Below, in pieces: positions 25,475-37,313 of a DNA stretch of 64,000 nt. The stretch is from assembly GCA_964016885.1 (NCBI GenBank), contig OZ024742.1, positions 289,168,001-289,232,000 of the forward strand, read 5' to 3'. The stretch's first letter is position 1, and each line of letters begins with the position of its first letter. The position numbers and the translations under genes are program-made. This DNA comes from Eledone cirrhosa (lineage: Eukaryota). The notes under the pieces are model-generated. The model saw nothing but the letters and a program-made list of their open reading frames with translations, searched no databases and was not told where the DNA came from.

Positions 25475-26004
25475 TATATATATATATATATTTATTTATT
25501 AGTGGGTGTTTAAAATGCCATTCTATTTAAAAACATTCAAACATTAACTGAATGACCATTTAATAGGAGTAAGTAGAATGTAAATAAATAGAAAACTGGC
25601 AGTGATATCGAGGGTAGTGGTGGTGGTGGTTGGGGTGTTGGCCTTCAGTGGTAGAAAGGAATGTGAACTATAATATAATATGTAGAGATGTCAACTAATC
25701 AACCAACACAGGGTAAGAGAAAAATTGAGAACAGCCAGTGGCCTCACTCTCTCTACTTAGCAGCAAATAGTTTGGTAACCATAATTGATAATTGATAATT
25801 CCACAGAAAGAGGAACACACACACACACACATGTATATATATATATATATAATTATCATCACCTTTAACATCCATTTTTCCACACTAGAATGGGTTAGAC
25901 GAGTTGTCCTGTTGTGATACAAGCCAGGTCAGGTGACCATGTCTTGCTCATACAGAACTGATTTTGGCTTAATTTCTACAGCTGGATGGCCTTCCTAATG
26001 CCAA

Positions 26005-27745
26005 GCATATTTACAGTGAGTACTGGGTGCTTTTTGTCGTGACACCTACACAACCACTTCACAGTGTGGGCTGGGTGCTTTTTGTCGTGACACCTACACA
26101 ACCACTTCACAGTGTGGGCTGGGTGCTTTTTGTCGTGACACCTACACAACCACTTCACAGTGTGGGCTGGGTGCTTTTTGTCGTGAGACCTACACAACCA
26201 CTTCACAGTGTGGGCTGGGTGCTTTTTGTCATGAGACCTACACAACCACTTCACAGTGTGGGCTGGGTGCTTTTTGTCGTGAGACCTACACAACCACTTC
26301 ACAGTGTGGGCTGGGTGCTTTTTGTCGTGAGACATACACAACCACTTCACAGTGTGGGCTGGGTGCTTTTTGTCGTGACACCTACACAACCACTTCACAG
26401 TGTGGGCTGGGTGCTTTTTGTAGTGAGACCTATACGACTACTTTACAGTGTGGGCTGGGTGCTTTTTGTCGTGACACCTACACAACCACTTCACAGTGTG
26501 GGCTGGGTGCTTTTTGTCATGACACCTACACAACCACTTCACAGTGTGGGCTGGGTGCTTTTTGTCGTGACACCTACACAACCACTTTACAGTGTGCGCT
26601 GGGTGCTTTTTGTCGTGAGACCTATACGACCACTTCACAGTGTGGGCTGGGTGCTTTTTGTCGTGAGACCTACACAACCACTTCACAGTGTGGGCTGGGT
26701 GCTTTTTGTCGTGAGACCTACACAACCACTTCACAGTGTGGGCTGGGTGCTTTTTGTCGTGACACCTACACAACCACTTCACAGTGTGGGCTGGGTGCTT
26801 TTTGTCGTGAGACCTACACAACCACTTCACAGTGTGGGCTGGGTGCTTTTTGTCATGAGACCTACACAACCACTTCACAGTGTGGGCTGGGTGCTTTTTG
26901 TCGTGAGACCTACACAACCACTTCACAGTGTGGGCTGGGTGCTTTTTGTCGTGAGACATACACAACCACTTCACAGTGTGGGCTGGGTGCTTTTTGTCGT
27001 GACACCTACACAACCACTTCACAGTGTGGGCTGGGTGCTTTTTGTAGTGAGACCTATACGACTACTTTACAGTGTGGGCTGGGTGCTTTTTGTCGTGACA
27101 CCTACACAACCACTTCACAGTGTGGGCTGGGTGCTTTTTGTCATGACACCTACACAACCACTTCACAGTGTGGGCTGGGTGCTTTTTGTCGTGACACCTA
27201 CACAACCACTTTACAGTGTGCGCTGGGTGCTTTTTGTCGTGAGACCTATACGACCACTTCACAGTGTGGGCTGGGTGCTTTTTGTCGTGAGACCTACACA
27301 ACCACTTCACAGTGTGGGCTGGGTGCTTTTTGTCGTGAGACCTACACAACCACTTCACAGTGTGGGCTGGGTACTTTTTGTCGTGAGACCTATACGACCA
27401 CTTTACAGTGTGGGCTGGATAAATTTCGTCATGACACCTACTCAACCACTTTACAGTGTGGGCTGGGTGCTTTTTATCATGACACCTATACAACCACTTT
27501 ACAGTGTGGGCTGGGTGCTTTTTGTCGTGAGATCTATATGACCACTTTACCGTGTATACTGGGTGCTTTTTGTTGTGAAACCTACATGACCACTTTCCAG
27601 TGTGGCCTGGGTGTTTTGTGTCGTGACACATACACGACTACTTTACAGTGTGGGCTGGGTGCTTTTTGTTGTGACACCTACACAAACACTTCACAATGTG
27701 GACTGGGTGTTTTTGTTGTGACACCTACATGACCACTTTACAGTA
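26005..27745. repeat. 39-bp minisatellite (~44 units) expanded inside an RTE/SINE 3' tail
   Basis: Unit cacagtgtgggctgggtgctttttgtcgtgacacctacacaaccactt-like; begins directly after the tail sequence at 25855-26010. Confidence 0.95.
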
Positions 27746-27749
27746 TATA

Positions 27750-29292
27750 TATAGTATAATTAAAATTTCATACACTTAACATTTATGCACGACCTTAGAT
27801 TTCAGGGTCCCGTTATGGCCACCACTGTATAGCCTCTCACCGGGCAGCAGGATAAAATTACAATAAAAACTGTTAGCCCACTAAATGTTGTTTTACTACA
27901 GTGGAGAGCCCTTTTCAAGAACATTTAGTGGGCTAAGATTTTTTTTTTCATAATTTTGTCCTAGCACCCAATGACATGCAAATATTGAAACAGCTCCTCC
28001 ACAACATGGTCGGCTGTACAAGGGGCTTTATTTCAAGTATTAACAATTGTTTCATTGATCAGGTGAGTCTAAAGGCCACTAATCACTCGAAGTTGCGTCA
28101 TTCGACCTTAAATACAGTGTTTACCTCTGATCAAATCCTCAGAATACTACAGATTTCACATATGGCAATGGTATATATAGATATAGCGTAGAATCAAAAC
28201 AATAACATCAATAATAAAATATAATGATAAAGAGGTAAAGAAGTTACATATGTAAAAAGTAAAAAAATAAGTAAAAAAATATAAGTACAGAATACGATAG
28301 TTGATAATAGTGGTGGTGGTGAGTAAGTGTATGTATAAAGATGTGAGGGTGGAGGTAATACTAACATGAAAAGCAACATTAGATACATACATACCTGATG
28401 GTCAAATCTCAGAGGGTTAGAAGTAGAGAATAAGAAGTAGTAACAAATGACAGATAAAAAATAAAAAACAATAAATTAAAAATTAAGTGAGAGATAGGAG
28501 GATGAGACATAAGGGGTAGGGCTAAGGATGAGGAAGGAGGATTTTGATATGTGTGTGTGGTAAATGTTTAACATGCTGATTGTCTTATCTTAATGGGGTT
28601 GATGTGGCTTTAGGGAGAGAGAGTGAAAGAAAGGTTAGGAGATTTATGATGTTGATCTAGTGACCAGTCGGTCAGTTGACAGCTAATAACAGTGTGGTGG
28701 TATGTATTCCGTACATTAAAATCCAGGTGGTTCAGCTTGAAATTTGAGATTGCTGGGTCGAATCATGTTGGTTTGAAATTTGTGAACTTGGTAGCTGCTT
28801 TGTGCCTACAGAAAATTGATCTTTCTATTTTGCTGTTAAGCAGCATCTTATCATACTTTAAAATATGGAACAGCTCCATATTGCAAAGTCCACAGTGGGA
28901 CATTCCATTGTTGTAGGCCCTTGCTCCCGATAATTTCGACCAGTTAATCCCATATTCCTAGTTTGTGTTCTTAAGCTGCCAGATTTTATTGGCCAGCGTT
29001 GTTGAGTTCTCTAGTCTACGGTTCTTCATAGAGTGTCTCTGAATGTACCATCTTTTTTTTTAATTCCCCAGCTGTGGAACCTATATAGTGCCATGTTAAG
29101 TTGCCCGAATTTATAGTACACAGGTACACCATACTTGATTCCAGGTATCTATTTTGTAGTGGGCACTTATCCGGTAGGTGGCAGTTACAGTTGGAGGCTT
29201 TCCTGTGTGCAGGTTCTCCGTTGTGGTTTTGTATGTTGTTATGGATGGGTTAAGATTTAGGCTTATTAATGTTTTGTTGTGATGCGCCCTGA
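27750..29292 (-). mobile_element. Penelope-like element 3' part: degenerate GIY-YIG endonuclease plus HHR-bearing pseudo-LTR
   Basis: Minus translation ~29200-28780: CNCHLPDKCPLQNRYLESSMVYLCTI...HYIGSTAG..KRWY...STTLANKIWQLK...CGLCNMELFHILK...LLNSKIE...CRHK. Confidence 0.82.
28037..28147 (-). ncRNA. Type I hammerhead ribozyme of the PLE
   Basis: gtatt CUGAGGA t-ttgatcag...ctgatcaa-t GAAA caattg UU aatac: perfect stem I, long stem II, palindromic stem III; same strand as and downstream of the GIY-YIG. Confidence 0.85.
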
Positions 29293-30752
29293 TGTCATCA
29301 TCATCATCATCATCATCATCATCGTTTAACGTCCATGTTCCACGCTTGCATGGGTTTGGACAGGAGTTTTCCCACTTGAGGCAAGAGTGGTTGTCTTGCT
29401 CGCATAGGACTGTCTGGCGGGTTTTCTACAGCTGGATGCCCTTCCTAACACCAACCACATTTACAGTGTGGGGCTGGGAGGTTTTTACCGTGTTGCCTAC
29501 ACGGCCACATTACAGCGTGGACTGTCTGGCGGGTTTTCTACAGCTGGATGCCCTACCTAACACCAACCACATTTACAGTGTGGGGCTGGGAGGTTTTTAC
29601 CATGTTGCCTACACGGCCACATTACAGCGTGGACTGTCTGGCGGGTTTTCTACAGCTGGATGCCCTTCCTAACACCAACCACATTTACAGTGTGGGACTG
29701 GGAGGTTTTACCGTGTTGCCTACACGGCCACATTACAGCGTGGACTGTGTGTTTTTTGTCGTGACACCTACACGATCTCATTTGTTTCGGCCTGGATGTT
29801 GTGGCACCAACATAACTTTACATTGAAAGGGGCGGTGTGGATGGGGTGGGGGGTGTATTTTGTTAGAGATGCCTACTGACTGTAGTAGGTTTTACTTTGT
29901 ATTTAGGTAAGGCGGGTCTTCTCTATTACTGAGTACCGCCAAAGGTCTCGGTCCAGTGACATTGTCTTGGAGAGGTGTAAGTGTGTGAGGTCAGAATTTA
30001 TCAGCTCGTCCCAGGTTTTTCTGGGTTTGCCTACTCTGTGGCTACCATCTATCTTTATTGCCCTGCACCTTGTTATACAACTGTCGTCTTTCATGCGCAT
30101 CACGTGACCATACCAACGTAGCCTTCTTTCGAGTAAACAACATCTGATCCCTCTTATTTCTAATTTTTTCCTTAGTTCGTTTATGCTTTGCCGTTCACGT
30201 ATATTACTATTATACATCCAGCGGAGCATGCAAGCTTCGTTCCTCTCTAGTCTGCGTATATCCTCTGCACACAATGCCCAGGTCTCACTGCCATGCAACA
30301 TTGCTGTTCGTATGCAGGCATCGTACAACCTGCCTTTCATTTTTAGGGAGAACCCTTTAGCGGCTAATAGTGGTATAAGCTCTCTGAACTTTTTCCATCC
30401 AGTTCTGACTCTAGCTACTGTACTTTCGGAGCACCCTCCTCCACTGCTGATTTTGTCACCCAGGTAACGGAAGCTGTCCACTATTTCTATAGAACCCTCT
30501 GCGCAATTGAAAGAGCTAGTATTTTGTGGGCACTTGCTGCTACTTATTGCACCAGAGCACCGGCCACATGTAAAATCCATGTTCTTAGTTAGCTTACCTG
30601 TGATCCCACTACATCTTTTATGCACCCATACTTTGCATTTGGGACATAAAATGGAGTTTCTACCTACGCCTTTCCTACACACTGAGCATGGCCACTTCCC
30701 GGAAGGGACCGCCGCCTTATTTTCTTTCTTACAAACTAGAACTTTAGTCTTA
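29293..30752 (-). mobile_element. 5'-truncated young RTE LINE copy (PHD + thumb + 3' UTR) adjoining the PLE fragment
   Basis: 259-aa ORF nearly identical to the C-terminus of the 54924 ORF; (CAT)n tail; 112-bp triplication in the 3' UTR. Confidence 0.92.
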
Positions 30753-31738
30753 GCGTGTGTGGTTATGTGTTTGCGTTTTGTATTTGGTGTTATGGTGTAT
30801 GTTGGTAGGTTATTTTCTTGAGAGATTCTTTTGTAGTTGATTTTATGTATGATATATATATATATAATTATATCTGTATAAATACAGAATGAGTAACTGA
30901 GACTGCACCAATGTGTATAAATATATAGACATATCTAATATGTAGGAATGTAAACATACCAGAAAGTACAAATTTTCCTGTAAATTGATAAAAATGATAA
31001 ACACCTTTAATTGATTTTCGGATCTTATTGACCCTTTTCAAAAGACTTGTATATCATCCAAAAATACATGAAGACCATCATCAATAACCAAAGGACAGCT
31101 GAGGAGGAATGTGCCATTGAGAAAATCAAACTCAATTCCAAAGTGTTCTTTTAATTTGTGAAGAAACACAAGGTGTTTTTTGTCGTGACACCTACACGAT
31201 CTCATTTGTTTTGGCCCTCTGATTGATGAAAATGGCACTCTCCAAGACAATGCTAAAACCATGGATGAGATACTACAGAAACAGGGCTGCTCTATTTTCA
31301 GCAATCCTGATATGAAATCATCAGTTCTAGTCCTATGGAAGTTCTTTCTATATATAATAAAGCTGCCTGTACTCTACCAACATACCAAGTACCTTTTTTA
31401 ACTGTGGTTACCCACCCCCTATCCCCCAACATCATCCAGAGAGGAGGACCTACATACATATATATATATATGTCATCATCATCATCACCGTTTTACGTCC
31501 GTTCTTCCACGCTAGCATGGGTTAGACGGATATATATATATGTATATATATATATATAGTCTGTATATTCTCCGCAGTTGAGTACTTATCTCAGGATACT
31601 TCAAGATCTACCAGTTGGAGTGTTGGATACAATACCATAATTGGTTGGTTTCCTGCATATAATATGAATATTTATATACACACGTTTATATAGAGTGTGT
31701 GATTGTATGTATACATGTATATATATATATATATATAT

Positions 31739-31822
31739 ATTGGGTTGTAACATAAATTCCCGCTGTTTCTTTTATTAAGATGTTTTGTAACAACGGCGGG
31801 AATTTATGTTACAACCCAATAG
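31739..31822. mobile_element. ~80-bp mariner-type MITE
   Basis: TIRs ttgggttgtaacataaattcccgc / gcgggaatttatgttacaacccaa flanked by TA. Confidence 0.85.
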
Positions 31823-32123
31823 TTTAGTTTTATCTGTCACTCTTCTAAGAGCTCAGTTCCACTTCAAGTGAGGAGGGTTAAATTATGCTCCCTTATAAGA
31901 GAGAAAATGCAGGAGGTGGCCTATCCTTCTTTATTATCACAGTGAGAGGATAATAAGGTATTATTTTGATAAGAGCCAGTGACATCTGCTTTTATCATTT
32001 CGTTTCTCAGTTGCTTGATATTTGAGTTTACTTGTGCCTTCCAACTCACCAATTAACATAGATGAATTCTTCTGCCCCAAAACTGAAACATTTCAGAGCT
32101 GTACATGATTTGGGTTGGAACTG

Positions 32124-32155
<32 letters not shown>

Positions 32156-32160
32156 TATAA

Positions 32161-32204
32161 ATAAAGTTTCATACACTTAACATGTTAAGTGTATGAAACT
32201 TTAT
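32161..32204. repeat. Perfect 44-bp palindrome of the PLE 3' terminus
   Basis: ataaagtttcatacacttaaca|tgttaagtgtatgaaactttat; the arm matches tttcatacacttaacat at ~27766-27782. Confidence 0.8.
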
Positions 32205-33109
32205 ACTAAATAAGCTCTCTCACATTAGATTGAGCTTTGTTTTCCTTGATCTTTCATCTATGGATATCCTACATGCAAACACACACACATATATATATTG
32301 ATTCAGATATGTGACCCCCATTGCATTGAACTTTTAATCAACTGGTAAAGCAGTTTAACTACTCCAGTTAATAATATTATTACTACTATTATATATATAT
32401 GTGTGTGTGTTTGTGCATACATATGTATATATGTGTTTTTGGCAGTGTCGGTAGAGGGTCGGACGCCATGCTTTCCAGCATAGTTACGTCCCTTTACGAT
32501 CTGCCTTTCATCCTTACGGGGTCGATAAAATAAAGTACCAGTAATGCACTGGTAATTGCTGGCCTTGTGCCTAACGTAGAAACAATTATTATTGTTATTA
32601 TTATTATTTATATATATATCTATAATTAATTAATTAATTTAATTAGATAATTCTATTGATTGATTAATTATTTATGTTTGTTTAATAATGCCTAGTCGAG
32701 AGCTTCTTATTCGGTTTGTGGAACAGAATCAATTCCTTTGTTCACACTTTGAAATTGCCCACCAAAAACCCGGGGTTATTTCCCTTATTGGGGAAAAAGC
32801 ACGTGACAGTGAAACAGTGACTGCTACCATTAGTAGTGATATCTACTACTTCACTTCACACTGGTTTGAGGCACAGAACGGTAACATGTTGAAAATGTGG
32901 GTCCACGGTTCGGTCATCAATTATCACAAACTTGCATATTGCGCAAGTAGGATTGTTGATTTTGGATTCATAGAAACCTATCAGAGCTATTGCACAATGG
33001 CCTTCGATACGGTCCAGGTTTGTTATCTAACCTGAATGTATTTTCGTTGCTTTGGTGGATTATGTGGCTAGGCTTGCTTGCTGCAGTTTTCAATTTGTCA
33101 CGCTATCTA

Positions 33110-33777
33110 TCATCATCATCATCATCATCGTTTAACGTCCATATTCCACGTTTGCATGGGTTTGGACGGGAGTTTTCCCACTTGAGGCAAGAGTGGTTGT
33201 CTTGCTCGCATAGGACTGTCTGGCGGGTTTTCTACGGATGGATGCCCTTCCTAACACCAACCACATTTACAGTGTGGGTCTGGGAGGTTTTTACCGTGTT
33301 GCCTACACAGCCACATTACAGCGTGGACTGTGTGTTTTTTTGTTGTGACACCTACACGACCTCATTTGTTTCGGGCTGGATGTTGTGGTACCAACATAAC
33401 TTTACATTGAAAAGGGTGGTGTGGATGGGGGTGGTGGTAGTGGGACGGGGGTGTATTTTGTTAGAGGTGCCTACTGACTGTAGTAGGTTTCACTTTGTAC
33501 TTAGGTAAGGCGGGTCTTCTCTATTACTGTGTAGCGCCAAAGGTCTCGGTCCAGTGACATTGTCTTGGAGAGGTGTAAGTGTGTGAGGTCGGAATTTATC
33601 AAGTCGTCCCAGGTTTTTCTGGGTCTGCCTACTCCGTGGCTACCGTCTATCTTTATTGCCCTGCACTTTGTTATACAGCTGTCGTCTTTCATGCGCATCA
33701 CGTGACCATACCAACGTAGTCTTCTCTCGAATAAACAACATCTGATCCCTCTTATTTCTAATTTTTCCCTTAGTTCA
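33110..33777 (-). mobile_element. 5'-truncated young RTE LINE copy
   Basis: MRMKDDSCITKCRAIKIDGSHGVGRPRKTW...; same 3' UTR and (CAT)n tail. Confidence 0.9.
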
Positions 33778-33890
33778 ATGTATGTTAATTATTCTAGGGT
33801 GATACACCCTTATTGAGTCCTTTGCACAAATCTAATTGTATCTCGTTGGGTTGGCTACTGCCAAAACTTCGATTTTACTAACCTTCCATT

Positions 33891-33941
<51 letters not shown>

Positions 33942-33962
33942 GGGACCACCCATGTAAACTCT

Positions 33963-34049
33963 CATATCTGAAGAAGAGTCGATTAAGAGTCGGGATCTGA
34001 TCACATGATCAAACCCGAGCTGATTGGTATGGAACCAATTTATAATATG
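33963..34049 (+). ncRNA. Degenerate PLE-type hammerhead ribozyme between (TA)n tracts
   Basis: catat CUGAAGA [gtcgatta..tcggg..tgatca/tgatca..cccga..tgattggt] ggaac caattta UA atatg; the GAAA is mutated. Confidence 0.55.
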
Positions 34050-34101
34050 TAATAAAGTTTACAAAAAGCTGCAATTCTTATTGTCACTTTATATATATAT
34101 A

Positions 34102-34165
<64 letters not shown>

Positions 34166-34547
34166 TACATATATACATATATGATGATGATGATATACTA
34201 AAATAAACAATATATACATTTTTATGATTGAAACATATCTGATTTAAAGAGGTGTATTCATATATAAAATAAAAAAGTAATTCTTGTTTGTTTTGTCTTT
34301 AATATGTTTGTTATGTATTATGTAGCAACTTGATTATATCATCACCATCACCACCACCACCACCACCATCACCATCACCACCACCATCACCAACACAACT
34401 ACTACCACAACGACGACGACGACCACCACCACTACCACCACTACTACTGAAATATATTCAACAGGAAATAAACAAAATTTAGAGAAAACTCTTTAATCTA
34501 ATTATGAAAAGTCTGGAAATTTTTAATTGGTTTATATTTTAAAAGCA

Positions 34548-34578
<31 letters not shown>

Positions 34579-35089
34579 CTCTCTCTCTCAGACACACACA
34601 CACACCCTTTATATATGTGTGTGCGTGTGTGTGTGTCTGTGTCTGTGTGAGCATGTGCATGTTAATGTGTATATGTGTATATATTGATTTTTAGGTGTGA
34701 TTAGTGATTTTCAATTATAACTAACCTTCACAGAATTTCTATTAAAGGTTTTTGTGACATCTACCTGCAATGGGTAAAGGGCACACTGGTTAGTGCAATG
34801 AAGGTCCTTTCTATATTTGTGGATACATTGAATTCTTCAGTGACTATATTTCAAATGAAATACACTGCAGTTTAATTAATTAATGAAGATTTTGCAGGAA
34901 ATTACAAAAACATCATTTCATTATTAAGGAAATTAGAAATTACTAAAATTATTTCACTATTAAATGGTTTTGTGTAGGCGTGTATGTAAGCCTAAATATC
35001 AACAAGCTATACCCCAGTGATACATGTCCAGACTATATGAGAAAACACTCTCTAGTGTGCAGAATGCCAGACATATGTTGCCTCATATT

Positions 35090-35990
35090 TCCAACAAGCA
35101 GAATTGAGAAAGTGTTACCCTGAATAATAGTGAGAGAGATGTGTTAAAATAGCCATTCTGTGGATGACTAACTTTGCCTTAATGGCAGTGAGTAGGGAAC
35201 TGGTTTGGGAACCAAGTACACCAGAAGTTCCCACCACTAGAGTTTCAACAACAAACCTATTGAAAAGGGGCCAATAAACAGCTTACAATATTTAGCTTAT
35301 GAGGTAATGAAACCTTGGTATGTTGCCAATTGTACTAGGTTACCATTGGAGAAGATGTTGCTGCATATCACATCCCAAATGAGAGTATTACCACTGCAGA
35401 ACAGGAAGATTGTGATTCCATCTGGCCTTTTGCCATCCCCTCAGTTTCTAATCCCACTAGCTCAAGCTGCAAAGGAAAGCTAGCAGCATCCAAGTCATGC
35501 TTAAGGATCTCATTGAGAGTATGGCATGGGGTGGTATGACAACAGGTGAAGGCCAAAAACATTCACTGGGGATCCACAGAAGTATTTGTGTTGCATGCAG
35601 ATCCAGAGGCCAAACTATAGGGAAACACCAATGTATACACAGTTGATGTCTAGCTGAGTTCCAGTTGATAGCAAAGGTACAGCATTTAACCAAGAACTGC
35701 AATAGGGTTAGGAGGCAGAGTGGAAACATACCAGATGGTGCTGGTCAAGCAGATGCTGTCCAAAGCTTTGTCATGTTGGATTGCATCCCATTTGCATTGC
35801 TGAATCTAGATATCTACAGAGTGGAGGAGAGATTGGACATCAACAGAATGGAGGCTATTTTGATTTCAAGTACAGGTTACCTTGAGCTCCTTGTTTTCAC
35901 CAGGAAAGTTCCTCTCCAAGGTTTCAAGCAAACTTTGACAGGGTCATTTTGTGGAATACCAGCAGTTACCCATGAACACACGTCTTCCCT
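35090..35990 (-). mobile_element. CRE-like non-LTR retrotransposon fragment
   Basis: HTLNEILKHDLDAASFPLQLELVGL...GDGKRPDGITIFLF..GNTLIWDV...GNTFSIL. Confidence 0.7.
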
Positions 35991-37282
35991 CTCTACGTAT
36001 ATCATCATCATCATCATCACAATTTCATGACCACTTTACCTGCTAGCAAATATATGTATACACATGTGTATGTGTGTGTGTATGACAGGGTTCCACAGTG
36101 TTTCAGTCTACCAGCTTTCTCTCACAAGGCATTGGTCAATCTAAGGCTATAGTATAAAACATTTGACAAAGGTGCTATACAGTGGAACTGAACTCAAAAC
36201 CATATGGTTGCGAAGGGAACTCATTAACAACACAACCATGTCTCAACAAAATGAAGTCTAACAAATATTTGTTCAAACACAAGATGTCCAGGTAAATATT
36301 CGTTAGAAAGAATGGAACAAAAGAGTAAAACATGAATTTGTCTTTCTTTTTGAGTTTGCAGTGAAAAGTATGAGGAGCTGAAATTACAGCTAGAATTGTT
36401 GTGTCTAAACACTAGAACTAGCTACTCCATGTATTAGAGTTGGGTAGTGAAAAGACTACAGCACCAAACGACCTAATTATGACTCATTTATCAACAGTAT
36501 TTCAAATAATTAACTCACTCTTCTTGCCACAATTAAACAACTAAACTTCTCATTTACAACCTCGTTGAACTGTTTTGTTTTTTGTTTTTTTTTTAATTAT
36601 TATTTTACAATATAATTTTTTTTGTTCAAGGTTTCTTGTAAAGGTTTCAAGTTATTTTATTTAGACCAGAGATTTCCAACTGGGGCTCCAAGCTAAGGCA
36701 GACTGGCCAAACGAACCACTGTGATGGGCATACAGAAAAAAGGAAGAGTTGCAAAAAATGTCACTAAAATCTGAATTGATTCAAGACCTATTTCTGTCCA
36801 TCAGCAGACCTGTCAACTCTTTTGTCTAACGGGGAGATCTCCCACCCACTTTGGGGTGGGTGAGAGATGTCTTCTCTTGTGAAAATGGGTATAGCTTTCA
36901 TTATGTAAAATCTACCCATTATGCCTCATTTTTCCCCATTTGGGGCACATTTTTTCAGAGTTTTTCAGGGTTTTTAGAGGTTGGCAACTCTGCATCAGTA
37001 AAAAGATGTGAACTAAATATTCTTAGCATTAAAGTTTTATTGCTTTTAGATGTCATGCCTGGTAATCTCCCTGACATAAATGTCTTGAGTGAAAATGTAA
37101 AAATTGTAATTTTTGAAAATATAGTTGCCACAATGCAGATCTATAGTACTTGGTGAAGGCTTTGGTAATTTTGATTCTTTTTTTGTTAACTATATATATA
37201 TATATATAGATAGATAGATAGATAGATATAGAGAGAGAGAGCAAGAGAGAGAGATACATTTGCTATATATATATAATTTCTG

Positions 37283-37313
<31 letters not shown>

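Noticed and set aside
26027-27631. 504-aa and other repetitive ORFs (13-aa repeats); superficially CRISPR-like periodicity
   Set aside because: By-product of a 39-bp (multiple of 3) minisatellite; no unique spacers and no cas genes; eukaryotic context
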